A stretch of 64,000 nucleotides of DNA from an uncultured Chloroflexia bacterium (GTDB taxonomy: Bacteria > Chloroflexota > Limnocylindria > Limnocylindrales > CSP1-4): positions 833,092 to 897,091 of the forward strand of contig CAVQCV010000005.1 in the NCBI GenBank assembly GCA_963711105.1, written 5' to 3'. Numbering within the stretch: the first letter of the stretch is position 1; each line of letters starts with the position of its first letter. Positions 8,366 to 19,083 of the stretch are shown here, in pieces. The notes beneath the pieces were generated by a model that saw only the letters and a program-made list of their open reading frames with translations, made no database searches and was not told the origin of the DNA. A program made the translations under genes and the position numbers.

Positions 8366-9949
8366 CTACTCCGGCTCGACTATGAGGGTCAGGCCTTCTA
8401 TGGCTATGACCCTGACCCGAGCTCCTCGAGCCGCCGTGCCGCCGTCGGCCACGCGGGCCGACCACGACTCTCGGGACACGTAGACCGTACCGAGGGGCGC
8501 CAGGTCCTTTTCGACCTCGCCGATCATGCCCATCACGTCGGTCGCTCCGACGAGCCCCTGGCCCACGGGGATCGGTTGACGGCGCATCAGCAGGAGCGTC
8601 CTGACGAGGACCAGCCCGTAGCCCGCGGCCGTGCCGGCCATCACCGCGATGACCGGCCAGGCGACTTCGGCCGCCGGCAGATATGGACCCGGCGAGCCGT
8701 AGAAGGCGACTGCGCCGACGACGAAGCTGGCGATGCCACCGATCGTCAGCAACCCATGGCTGGGCACGGCCGGCTCCAGGATCAACATCACGACGCCCAG
8801 GATTACCAGCGCCACCCCCAGGACGTTGAGTGGCAGGCTGCCCGAGCCGTAGAAGGACAGGACCAGGGCCAAGGCCCCGACCAGGCCCATCAGCAAGGTG
8901 GGATGGAAGAACTCGATTGCCACGAGCAGGATGCCGATCACGAGCAGGATGAAGGCGATGTTCGGATCGTCCAGACCGTGCAGGATCGCCTGGATTGGAT
9001 CCTCGCCGATTGTCACGATCGTGGCGCCGCTGGTGTGGACCGTGACCTGCGCGCCGTTGATCGTCACGACCTGGCCGTCGGCCTGGGCCAGGACCTCGTC
9101 CAGGCTGTTGGCGATGCCGTTGATGCCGTGTGCCGCCAGGGCCTCCTGGGCCGTGTAGGACTGCGCGTTCGAGACGGTACTGGCCGCCCAGTCGACCGCC
9201 AGCGGATGACGCTCCTCGGCGATACTCTTGATCGTTGCGACCGCATCGTTGAGGACCTTATCGGCTTCCGTCTGGCCGTACGTGGCGGCGATATCTCCTC
9301 CGCCGGCCGCGACCGGCGACGCTGCGCCGATGTTCGTGCTTTCGGCCATGTAGGCCAGGTTGGCGGAAAGGGTTATGAACGTACCCGCGCTGGCCGCCTT
9401 GGCGCCGGAGGGTCCAACCCAGACGATCGTCGGGATGCTCGCGTGCAGCGAGGTCACGATGTCCATCATCGAGCTCTCGGCGCCACCGAGAGTATCGAGC
9501 TGGATGATCACGGCAGCCGCGCCGTCGTCCTCGGCTCGTCGGACGCCGGCCGCGATGTAGCCCGCCATGACGTCGTCAACGACACCGTTGGTCGGCAGGA
9601 CCACGACCTCCCGCGCGGGCGGCGAACCTGACGCCGGGGAGGGTGCGGCCGTCATCGGCGGCGGCACGATTGCGCTGTCCGGGCCGCCACTTCTGATCTG
9701 ACCCACCCCCACCAGCAAGCCGATTCCCAACGCCAGCGTCGCTGCCACCCGAGATGCGCCCCAGGCCGCTCGCCGGACCTGCCCGGGCGTTCCAACCCAA
9801 CCGGACAACCGGGCCAGGTGGCCGTCGCGCCCTTTGTCGGACTGGACGGTCCAGGGCAGAGAGGTCATCTCGTCGGGGAGCGGCGGCGTCCTGCTGCTTC
9901 GGGCGAAACGGCGCAGCCGCTCGTCGAGTTCGAAGTCCGTCTCGTTCAT
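8366..9949 (-). CDS. Fusion protein: anti-sigma-factor-like N-terminal domain, one TM, NfeD-family (ClpP-class) membrane serine protease domain, multi-TM segment and C-terminal OB-fold
   Basis: The start ATG overlaps the stop of ECF sigma gene 9946..10551 (ATGA), indicating translational coupling. The N-terminus MNETDFELDERLRRFARS resembles that of anti-sigma 60942..62342 (MTDRTDFELDQDLVRRLRS). The NfeD/ClpP-like region includes VVVLPTNGVVDDVMAGYIAAGVRRA...AVIIQLDTLGG...SAGTFI. Four or five TM helices follow, then an NfeD C-terminal beta-domain (GTVYVSRESWSARV). Confidence 0.75.
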   Translation of the reverse strand: MNETDFELDERLRRFARSSRTPPLPDEMTSLPWTVQSDKGRDGHLARLSGWVGTPGQVRRAAWGASRVAATLALGIGLLVGVGQIRSGGPDSAIVPPPMTAAPSPASGSPPAREVVVLPTNGVVDDVMAGYIAAGVRRAEDDGAAAVIIQLDTLGGAESSMMDIVTSLHASIPTIVWVGPSGAKAASAGTFITLSANLAYMAESTNIGAASPVAAGGGDIAATYGQTEADKVLNDAVATIKSIAEERHPLAVDWAASTVSNAQSYTAQEALAAHGINGIANSLDEVLAQADGQVVTINGAQVTVHTSGATIVTIGEDPIQAILHGLDDPNIAFILLVIGILLVAIEFFHPTLLMGLVGALALVLSFYGSGSLPLNVLGVALVILGVVMLILEPAVPSHGLLTIGGIASFVVGAVAFYGSPGPYLPAAEVAWPVIAVMAGTAAGYGLVLVRTLLLMRRQPIPVGQGLVGATDVMGMIGEVEKDLAPLGTVYVSRESWSARVADGGTAARGARVRVIAIEGLTLIVEPE

Positions 9950-10551
9950 GGCAGTGCCCCTTCCGCCGGCCCGATACGCCGGCGCAACGCCTGCAGGGCG
10001 GCATGGTGGCGCGATTTGACCGTGCCGATGGGAATGCGAAGCCGGTCGGCGATCTCGGCCAGGGACAGCTCGCCCCAGTACCGCAGGACCACGACCATTC
10101 GGAGTTCGTTGCTGAGGCTCCCGAGCGCGCGTCCGACGGCGTCGCGGGCCAGCGAGGCCTTGAACGGGTCGCCGCCCTCGAGGTCCACGTCGTCCACGTC
10201 CACGGTGCGGTGGCGCGACCGCTTGTGGAGCCGGGTTCGGCAGACGTTGACGAGTATCTGGTTGAACCAGGAGTGGAACTTCTCCCGTTCTCTCAGTTTC
10301 GCCCAGGCGCGCCAGGCGCGAACCGATGCTTCCTGCACGGCATCCTGAGCCTCGGCGGAGTCGGCCAGCAAATAGCCGGCCAGGCGGTAGGCGCCCGGCA
10401 ATTCGGCCGCCAGAAACTCCGCGAACACCGAGTCCACGGCCGTTTCACGGGCGGCGGCGCCGTGAACGGAGGCCCGTAACATCTCGCGATTCAGATATGC
10501 GTCTTCGACGAACACGCCACTCTCGCTGGGCGGACCGACTCGGCCACTCAT
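9946..10551 (-). CDS. ECF-type RNA polymerase sigma-70 factor
   Basis: Region 2 (AQDAVQEASVRAWRAW...FHSWFNQILVNVCRTRL) and region 4 (LRYWGELSLAEIADRLRIPIGTVKSRHHAAL) are both recognisable. Confidence 0.88.
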   Translation of the reverse strand: MSGRVGPPSESGVFVEDAYLNREMLRASVHGAAARETAVDSVFAEFLAAELPGAYRLAGYLLADSAEAQDAVQEASVRAWRAWAKLREREKFHSWFNQILVNVCRTRLHKRSRHRTVDVDDVDLEGGDPFKASLARDAVGRALGSLSNELRMVVVLRYWGELSLAEIADRLRIPIGTVKSRHHAALQALRRRIGPAEGALP

Positions 10552-11159
10552 CGGTGAGACTCCGGCGCCGGGCTCGAGGTTCGGCCGAGGAGAGCGTCGA
10601 GAACAAGCTGGCTCCAGGTTTCCATTCGATCGTAGACCTCGTTCGCCGAAGCGACGGTCTCGAACGACCCCGCCAGCTTGTGCGTCTCGCGAACCGAGAC
10701 CTGGCGCCCACCGGCGTCCGCGAGGTAGACCACGCCCAGGTGGTGCCGGCCCACCTCCACCTCATCGTCGTTGAGCAAGCCGAGGAATTCGAACTCGGGC
10801 ATGAAGTCGGCCACGATCTCCTCGCGCCACTCGCGCCGAAGGCACGTCTCGACCGTGTCGTCGCCGGGGTTCATGTGGCCGCCGATGCCGATGGTGTAGT
10901 GATCGTGGAGCCGCGCATCGCCACCTGCCCTGGTCCGCCTCATCAAGAAGAGCCGCTCCTCCTGCCGCAGAACCATATACGGGATGATCTGCTTGATCGA
11001 GTCGTCCATTTCGGCCGCCGGTCGCGGATAGAACGAGCCCAGGGCTATCCGGCCGAGAACGGCCCCGGTTGCGCTCGTAAGCACGCCCCGCCAGGCCAGC
11101 CCGTCCATCAGGACGCTGCGCGGCACGGCCCAGACCAACTCCTCCCCCTGCTGGGTCAT
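10548..11159 (-). CDS. NUDIX-family hydrolase (putative)
   Basis: A Nudix-box-like segment GGHMNPGDDTVETCLRREWREEIV is present. The fold context is IIPYMVLRQEERLFLMRRT. The gene overlaps the downstream sigma gene by 4 nt. Confidence 0.55.
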   Translation of the reverse strand: MTQQGEELVWAVPRSVLMDGLAWRGVLTSATGAVLGRIALGSFYPRPAAEMDDSIKQIIPYMVLRQEERLFLMRRTRAGGDARLHDHYTIGIGGHMNPGDDTVETCLRREWREEIVADFMPEFEFLGLLNDDEVEVGRHHLGVVYLADAGGRQVSVRETHKLAGSFETVASANEVYDRMETWSQLVLDALLGRTSSPAPESHR

Positions 11160-12049
11160 CGGCTATCCGGCTCCGCCAGCCGTCCTTTGGCCGATTCGAA
11201 GCGCCGGCGCAGGGCGTCGGCGTCGGGTCCGCCTTTGCGCTCGAGTTCGGCGATCCACTCGTCGATCTCGTCCTGCACGTCGCGCAATCTGTCCGCGATC
11301 GCGGCGGCGTTCGTGGCCGCTATGCCGGCACCCATGGAAGCCTCGCCCCTCGCGAGGCGCGTCATGCTCGCCCAGCCCGTGGCGGCAAGGGCTCTCACGG
11401 CGTCCCAGTCGGCCTTCTCGATCTCATGGGGGCCGCCGGCCACCGCTTCGACTATCGCCGCCGAAACCAGCAGCGGCATGTGGCTGATCGCCGCAACGGC
11501 GCGGTCGTGGGCCGCGGCGGTCATCTGGACCTGGACGGCTCCGCACGCCTCGATCAGCTCTCGAACTCGCTCCGCGTCGCCCAGACGAGCGAATTCCCCT
11601 GGCACGGTGACCCAGGGCCGGCCGGCGAACAAGTCCGGCAGCGCGGCGGCGTAACCGCTCACTTCGCGCCCGGCCATTGGATGGCCGCCGATGAAGGGCA
11701 GCCTGGCCGCGTCGGCCCTGGCTACGATGCGAGCCTTGGCGCTGGCCCCATCGGTCACGGTAGCGTCGTCCGGCAACGCGCCACGCAACGAACCCCCGAT
11801 CTCGTCGATCAGATCCAGGCACGTCATCGGAGGCGCCGTCAGCACGACCAGCTCGCTGTTGCGCAGGGCCGCCTCCAAAGTGGGCGCCGCGACATCTACG
11901 ACGCCGTCCGACACGGCCTGCGCTACGGGGCCCGCACTGCGGCTCCAGGCGGTCACATGCCACTCCCCCGCCTGTCCAGGCACGCGCAGGGCGCGGGCGA
12001 TCGAACCGCCGATCAGCCCGAAACCGACAATCGAAACTCGCACCCGAAC
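11156..12049 (-). CDS. tyrA: Prephenate dehydrogenase (TyrA family); a GTG start around 12049 is likely, and the ORF's upstream extension is probably untranslated
   Basis: The Rossmann motif VSIVGFGLIGGSIARAL is present. The catalytic region reads FIGGHPMAGREVSG...ISHMPLLVSAAIV. The upstream 80 aa of the ORF are low-complexity. Confidence 0.75.
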   Translation of the reverse strand, partial: VRVRVSIVGFGLIGGSIARALRVPGQAGEWHVTAWSRSAGPVAQAVSDGVVDVAAPTLEAALRNSELVVLTAPPMTCLDLIDEIGGSLRGALPDDATVTDGASAKARIVARADAARLPFIGGHPMAGREVSGYAAALPDLFAGRPWVTVPGEFARLGDAERVRELIEACGAVQVQMTAAAHDRAVAAISHMPLLVSAAIVEAVAGGPHEIEKADWDAVRALAATGWASMTRLARGEASMGAGIAATNAAAIADRLRDVQDEIDEWIAELERKGGPDADALRRRFESAKGRLAEPDSR

Positions 12050-12229
12050 ATTATGAGGCGGCGGCCGCGCCTCAGTGCCCGTCCGGGGGGCCCCTCTGGG
12101 GCCTACTGCAATACCCGTACGAATGAGTGCGCGCGGCGGAAGAAGCTGATTAGAATGCTTGTGGTTGCCGGATTCTCCGGCCTGTAGCCTGTTTCGGTGC
12201 TCGCTGCCACGTAGAAGGGTCGCCAAAAG

Positions 12230-12925
12230 ATGCTCGAGTCGTATGGCGAGACCAGACCGATCCGGGTCCTCCTCGTGGACGACCACCAGCTCCTGACAGG
12301 CGCTTTGTCACAGATGCTCGGTCGCGAGGCGGACATCGTGGTGACAGGGGTCGCCGGTAGCGTCGCCGAAGCCAAGGCCATGTGCCGCGAACGCCTGGAC
12401 GTCGTTCTGATGGACTACCGCCTGCCCGACGGCACGGGAGCCGAAGCCACCCGGGCGATCAAGGCACGCTGGCCGGCCGCGCGAGTCGTCATGCTCACCG
12501 CGCTGACGGACGATGAGACCGTCCTGGAATCGATCCAGGCGGGCGCAGACGGTTACCTCACCAAGGACCGCGCCATAGACGAGGTCGTGAACGCCGTCCG
12601 GGCCGCATACGCCGGTGAAACGCTGCTGCCCCGCTCAGTCATCGTCGGCATCGCCCAGCGCGTCGCTGCAGCTCGCGAACGCGGCACGGAACGTCGCCAG
12701 ATCGAACCGCTCACCCCTCGTGAGCTGGAAGTGCTCAAGGCCCTCACCGAAGGCCTGGCCACGCCGGAGATCTGCGAGCGGCTCTACATCGCCCCGAACA
12801 CGCTCCGGACCCACGTCCAGAACATCATGGGCAAGTTGCGAGTGCACTCGAAGCTGGAGGCGGTCGCCTTCGCGCTCCGCAACCGGCTGGTCGAACCGCC
12901 GAAATCGGACGACGGCCTGTTCTAG
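12230..12925 (+). CDS. NarL/LuxR-family two-component response regulator, orphan (no adjacent histidine kinase)
   Basis: The REC domain reads IRVLLVDDHQLLTGAL...DVVLMDYRLPDGTG...VVMLTALTD. A LuxR-type helix-turn-helix LTPRELEVLKALTEGLATPEICERLYIAPNTLRTHVQNIMGKLRV follows. Confidence 0.88.
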   Translation: MLESYGETRPIRVLLVDDHQLLTGALSQMLGREADIVVTGVAGSVAEAKAMCRERLDVVLMDYRLPDGTGAEATRAIKARWPAARVVMLTALTDDETVLESIQAGADGYLTKDRAIDEVVNAVRAAYAGETLLPRSVIVGIAQRVAAARERGTERRQIEPLTPRELEVLKALTEGLATPEICERLYIAPNTLRTHVQNIMGKLRVHSKLEAVAFALRNRLVEPPKSDDGLF

Positions 12926-13042
12926 AGGAGACCCTCGCACGGCAATTCTCGCGACCGGCGCGCTGTCGCGGCCGTAGACCCCGGCGTCACCTCCAGGACA
13001 TGTCCCCATGGGCGGTTTACCTGGTGAGCGCGGCGGCCTCTG

Positions 13043-15433
<2,391 letters not shown>

Positions 15434-15639
15434 CTCGTCTCCATCCGTTGGGCGAGCCGCCTCAAGGACCAAGTTACCGCGGCTGGGCGTCCAGCGCTTC
15501 TCGGTTCCCGCTCGGTTCGGTCACGGATCGCCAGGCATTACGGCGCCCGCCGCCCCGCCGCACACCGACGTAATCGTCTACCGCGGCGGGCCTCGTCCTC
15601 GAACCGCGCTGCTCCGGCTCACGGACCTGGAGGGCTGTC

Positions 15640-15879
15640 CTAGGAGGATCGTCGCCTGCGCTGGCCGAGTCTGCGATCGCCCTCACGACGCTCCGCGCTG
15701 GCCGCGGCGAACTCGAGAACCAACTGGCGCCGGTCGAACATGCGCCGTTCGCCGGCCCGCCGCTCGTTCTGCAACTGCGCTCCGCAGCGGGGGCAGCGAC
15801 GCTCTTCGGCGAACAGCTGGTCCATCGGCGCAGTGGCCCACAGCGCTCGTCCGCAGGAGTAGCAGGCTAGTCGTGGCAT
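15640..15879 (-). CDS. Small zinc-ribbon protein (C-x2-C ... C-x2-C)
   Basis: The sequence MPRLACYSCGRALWATAPMDQLFAEERRCPRCGAQL is followed by an R/E-rich tail. The long upstream extension of the ORF is probably untranslated. Confidence 0.4.
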   Translation of the reverse strand: MPRLACYSCGRALWATAPMDQLFAEERRCPRCGAQLQNERRAGERRMFDRRQLVLEFAAASAERREGDRRLGQRRRRSS

Positions 15880-16107
15880 GGTCGAAATGTAGGCTCGCCG
15901 GCCCGACTTCGGAATGCCCGATTCCGGGAGGCCGAACGTGTGCTTATCAAATACGGATTTCTGACGATGCCCCGGCGCGCGATTCGGGCCAGCATTTGAA
16001 GGTCGCCAGCAATGGCGCGATGACGATCGCTTGGGCAAGTGATCGTGTCGGCGGGTCGCTTCGCTCCCCCCGGAGCGACCCGCTCAGAACCCCTCTCGCC
16101 CCATCCT

Positions 16108-16227
16108 GCCGATCGCTTCCTCCTCCTCCAGCGATCGGCTGTCTCAAAGAAGACGATCGCTCGCGATCGGCTGTCTCAAAGAAGACGATCGCTCGCGATC
16201 GGCTGCGCGGAAAGGGACGATCGCCCT
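16108..16227. repeat. Cluster of four consecutive hairpin (palindromic) repeats sharing a GCGATCG/CGATCGC stem; two units are exact 32-bp tandem copies
   Basis: The first hairpin is gccgatcgc[ttcctcctcctcca]gcgatcggc. Two exact units gcgatcggctgtctcaaagaagacgatcgctc follow. A fourth unit with a diverged loop is gcgatcggctgcgcggaaagggacgatcgccc. Further (a)cgatcg(c) motifs occur at 16023..16050. Confidence 0.85.
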
Positions 16228-16235
16228 GAATCAGA

Positions 16236-16259
16236 GAGCCGCCCCTTTCGGCGCGGCTC
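16236..16259 (-). terminator. GC-rich hairpin 22 nt downstream of the trpB2 stop (possible intrinsic terminator; weak U-tract)
   Basis: The sequence gagccgc-cccctttcggc-gcggctc forms a 7-bp perfect stem. Confidence 0.35.
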
Positions 16260-16280
16260 TCCTCGTTGGTGCGCCGGAAG

Positions 16281-17636
16281 CTAGGCCTCGACGGCCTCCA
16301 GGGCGTGCTTGACCTCTTCGGCCGGGTACTCGTAGTCCTCGAGCTGGCCGGACAGGTATCGCTGGTACGAGGTCATGTCGAAGTAGCCGTGGCCTGACAG
16401 GTTGAAGAGGATGACCTTCTTCTCGCCGGATTCCTTGGCCTTGAGAGCCTCGTCGATCGCGGCACGGATGGCGTGCGTGGATTCAGGAGCCGGGATGAGG
16501 CCTTCGGACCGGGCGAACTGGATGCCGGCCTCGAAGCAGGGCCGCTGATGGACGCTCCGAGCCTCGATGAAGCCTTCATGCTTGAGCAGGCTGACCTGCG
16601 GGGACATGCCGTGGTAGCGCAACCCGCCGGCGTGGATCGGCTCCGGGATGAAGTCGTGGCCGAGCGTGTACATCTTGACCATCGGCGCCATCTTGGCGGT
16701 GTCCCCGTAGTCGTAGGCGTAGCGGCCGCGGGTCATGCTGGGAGCCGCCTCGGGCTCGACGGCGATGATCTGGTATTTCCGACCTCCGCGGAAGGTCCGG
16801 CCGAGCCAGGGGAAGCTGATGCCGGCGAAGTTGGAGCCACCGCCCGCGCAGGCGATGATGGTGTCCGGCTCTTCGCCCGCCATCTCCATCTGCTGGATCG
16901 ATTCCAGGCCGATGATGGTCTGGTGGAGCATGACGTGGTTGAGGACGGAGCCCAGCGAGTAGTGAGTGTCGTCTCGCGTCACCGTGTCCTCGACGGCTTC
17001 GCTGATGGCGATGCCGAGCGAACCGGTGCTGTCTGGATGCTCGGCCAGGATGGCGCGTCCCGCCGCCGTCTCCATGCTCGGGCTCGGCACGACGCTGGCG
17101 CCGTAGGTCTCCATCATCAGGGCCCGGTATGGCTTCTGGTCGTAGCTCGCCCGGACCATGTAGACCTTGACCTCGATGCCGAACATCGCGCCGGCGTAGG
17201 CCAGAGCGCTGCCCCACTGTCCGGCTCCGGTCTCGGTGGCGATGCGCTTGATGCCCTCTTCCTTGTTGTAGAAGGCCTGCGGGATCGCGGTATTGGGCTT
17301 GTGGCTGCCCGCCGGGCTGACGCCCTCGTTCTTGTAGTAGATGTGGGCGGGAGTATCGAGCAGTTTCTCGAGGCGGAGGGCACGGACCAGGGGGCTGGGT
17401 CGGTACTGCTTGTAGAGGTTTCGGACCGGATCCGGGATCTCGATCTCGCGCTCGGTCGAGACCTCCTGCATGATCAGCGCCATCGGGAAGAGCGGCGCGA
17501 GATCGGCGGGCCCAAGGGGCTGGTGCGTGCCGGGGTGGAGCGGCGGCGACTGCGGGACGGGCAGATCCGCCGAGATGTTGTACCAGGCTCGAGGGATCTT
17601 CTCCTCGTCCAACATGAACCGAGTGCGCTCGACCAT
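16281..17636 (-). CDS. trpB: Tryptophan synthase beta chain-like protein, TrpB2 family
   Basis: At 451 aa it has the long TrpB2 form. The PLP lysine region reads YYKNEGVSPAGSHKPNTAI. The GGGSN loop (IACAGGGSNFAGI) and HGMSPQVS are also present. Confidence 0.88.
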   Translation of the reverse strand: MVERTRFMLDEEKIPRAWYNISADLPVPQSPPLHPGTHQPLGPADLAPLFPMALIMQEVSTEREIEIPDPVRNLYKQYRPSPLVRALRLEKLLDTPAHIYYKNEGVSPAGSHKPNTAIPQAFYNKEEGIKRIATETGAGQWGSALAYAGAMFGIEVKVYMVRASYDQKPYRALMMETYGASVVPSPSMETAAGRAILAEHPDSTGSLGIAISEAVEDTVTRDDTHYSLGSVLNHVMLHQTIIGLESIQQMEMAGEEPDTIIACAGGGSNFAGISFPWLGRTFRGGRKYQIIAVEPEAAPSMTRGRYAYDYGDTAKMAPMVKMYTLGHDFIPEPIHAGGLRYHGMSPQVSLLKHEGFIEARSVHQRPCFEAGIQFARSEGLIPAPESTHAIRAAIDEALKAKESGEKKVILFNLSGHGYFDMTSYQRYLSGQLEDYEYPAEEVKHALEAVEA

Positions 17637-17854
17637 CCGACTCCTCCCGCCGCGAAACGGCGCCTCCTGGGGTTGATCCCCCTCCCGCTCCTGCCGGGGC
17701 GGTCGGGCGCTAGCCTACGGCTTCGCGTGGGCCGCGTGCAAGCCGAACCAGCCGCGTGCCCGAGAGCCGTCGGCCGGCGGTTGCGACGACCCCGTGGCTG
17801 AGACTCCGCTGACGCCTTCGTCCGCGCTCCGAGGCCTCCGAGGAGGCGTCCCCG

Positions 17855-18526
17855 TCAGGCGGCCGGCGTCCCCAGCCCCGCCGAGGCAAGCGGCTCGTAA
17901 TGCGTAGGCCCGTGCCCCAGGTTGCTCTTGTACAGGACCAGCTCGCCGGCCTGCCAGCTCAACTCGACGTCCCCCGCGACCTCGATGAGCCGCCTGGCTC
18001 GATCCGCAGCCCCGGTGACTCCGTCGGTCCGAGCAAGGGTCAAGTGAGCGGTGAAGGGCCGATCGTCCGACGACCACCCGAGCGGCCGAAGCTCGGCGTC
18101 CACCAGCCGCTCCAGGGCGGCCAGCTCGCCTGCGCCCTCGTTGATGCCGATCCAGAGGACCCGGGGCCGGTACCGGTCGGGAAAGGCGCCGCCGCCGCAC
18201 AACGAGACCCGGAACGGCTCCGCGTGCGCGGCCACCGCCCGGATCGCCCGCTCGAGGTCCGGCCGGCGCTCGTCCGGAGTCGCCCCCAGGAAGCGGAGGG
18301 TGATGTGCAGATTGTCCACGTGCACCCAGCGCGGCTGGCCGGGCATGCGGTGGTCGACGGGACCCCCGGCGACCTGCTCCATCAGCCCGGCGACGCCCGC
18401 CTTGACCTCGTCAGAAACAGGCACGGCGATGAACAGGCGGCTGGTTCCAGGCGGATCGTCCGCCGGCCTCGAGTACGGGCGCGGCCCCCTGGCCGGCCTT
18501 CGGGCCCCGTAATCGTGGTCGGTCAT
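17855..18526 (-). CDS. thpR: RNA 2',3'-cyclic phosphodiesterase (ThpR/LigT, 2H phosphoesterase)
   Basis: Two H-x-T-x motifs are present: HITLRFLG and HLTLART. Confidence 0.8.
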   Translation of the reverse strand: MTDHDYGARRPARGPRPYSRPADDPPGTSRLFIAVPVSDEVKAGVAGLMEQVAGGPVDHRMPGQPRWVHVDNLHITLRFLGATPDERRPDLERAIRAVAAHAEPFRVSLCGGGAFPDRYRPRVLWIGINEGAGELAALERLVDAELRPLGWSSDDRPFTAHLTLARTDGVTGAADRARRLIEVAGDVELSWQAGELVLYKSNLGHGPTHYEPLASAGLGTPAA

Positions 18527-19047
18527 GCCCCCGCGCGCTCCTCGGCCACGAAGACCTCGCGGTCGTGGACGAGAACCTCACGGGCTCTGTCCAGGTTGCG
18601 CCAGCCTACGATCTCGACGTCCTTGTCCTCGAGCAGCTTGTAGGTCTGGAAGAAGTTCTCGATCTCGCGCAAGCGGTGCGGCGAAACGTCGGCCAGGTTG
18701 CCGTAGTGGGCGTAGGACGGGTCGGCGATCGCGACGCACAGGACCTTGAAGTCAAAGCCCTTTTCGTCGCTCATTTCCAGACCGCCGACCGGCCGAGCCC
18801 AAACGCGGCAACCCGGGAAGGTTCCCTCGCCGATGAGCAGCAGGGCGTCCGTATGGTCGCCGTCATCGGCGCGTGTCGCCTCGATGAAGCCGTAGTCGAA
18901 GTTGTAGTAGACGGCCGAGGACAGCACCCGATCGAGCCGGATCACACCGGCCTTCTCGTCGAACTCGTACTTGTTCCGGCTGCCGCGCGGAATCTCGACG
19001 ACGATCTCCACGACTTCCGGGAACTCGGCGGGGCGATTCATGGGCAC
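18523..19047 (-). CDS. ppa: Inorganic pyrophosphatase (family I)
   Basis: The sequence VVEIPRGSRNKYEFDEKAGVIRLDRVL...YNFDYGFI...DGDHTDALLL matches family I PPase. Confidence 0.9.
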   Translation of the reverse strand: MPMNRPAEFPEVVEIVVEIPRGSRNKYEFDEKAGVIRLDRVLSSAVYYNFDYGFIEATRADDGDHTDALLLIGEGTFPGCRVWARPVGGLEMSDEKGFDFKVLCVAIADPSYAHYGNLADVSPHRLREIENFFQTYKLLEDKDVEIVGWRNLDRAREVLVHDREVFVAEERAGA

Positions 19048-19083
19048 AGACTAGCGCCTCTCCCCTTTGCCGGCAGCCCGGCC

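Noticed and set aside
16108-16227. Possible CRISPR array
   Set aside because: There are only 3-4 units. The loop/spacer parts are either identical copies or differ in length. There are no regular unique spacers of 30-40 bp and no cas genes in the window. It is better described as a palindromic repeat cluster.
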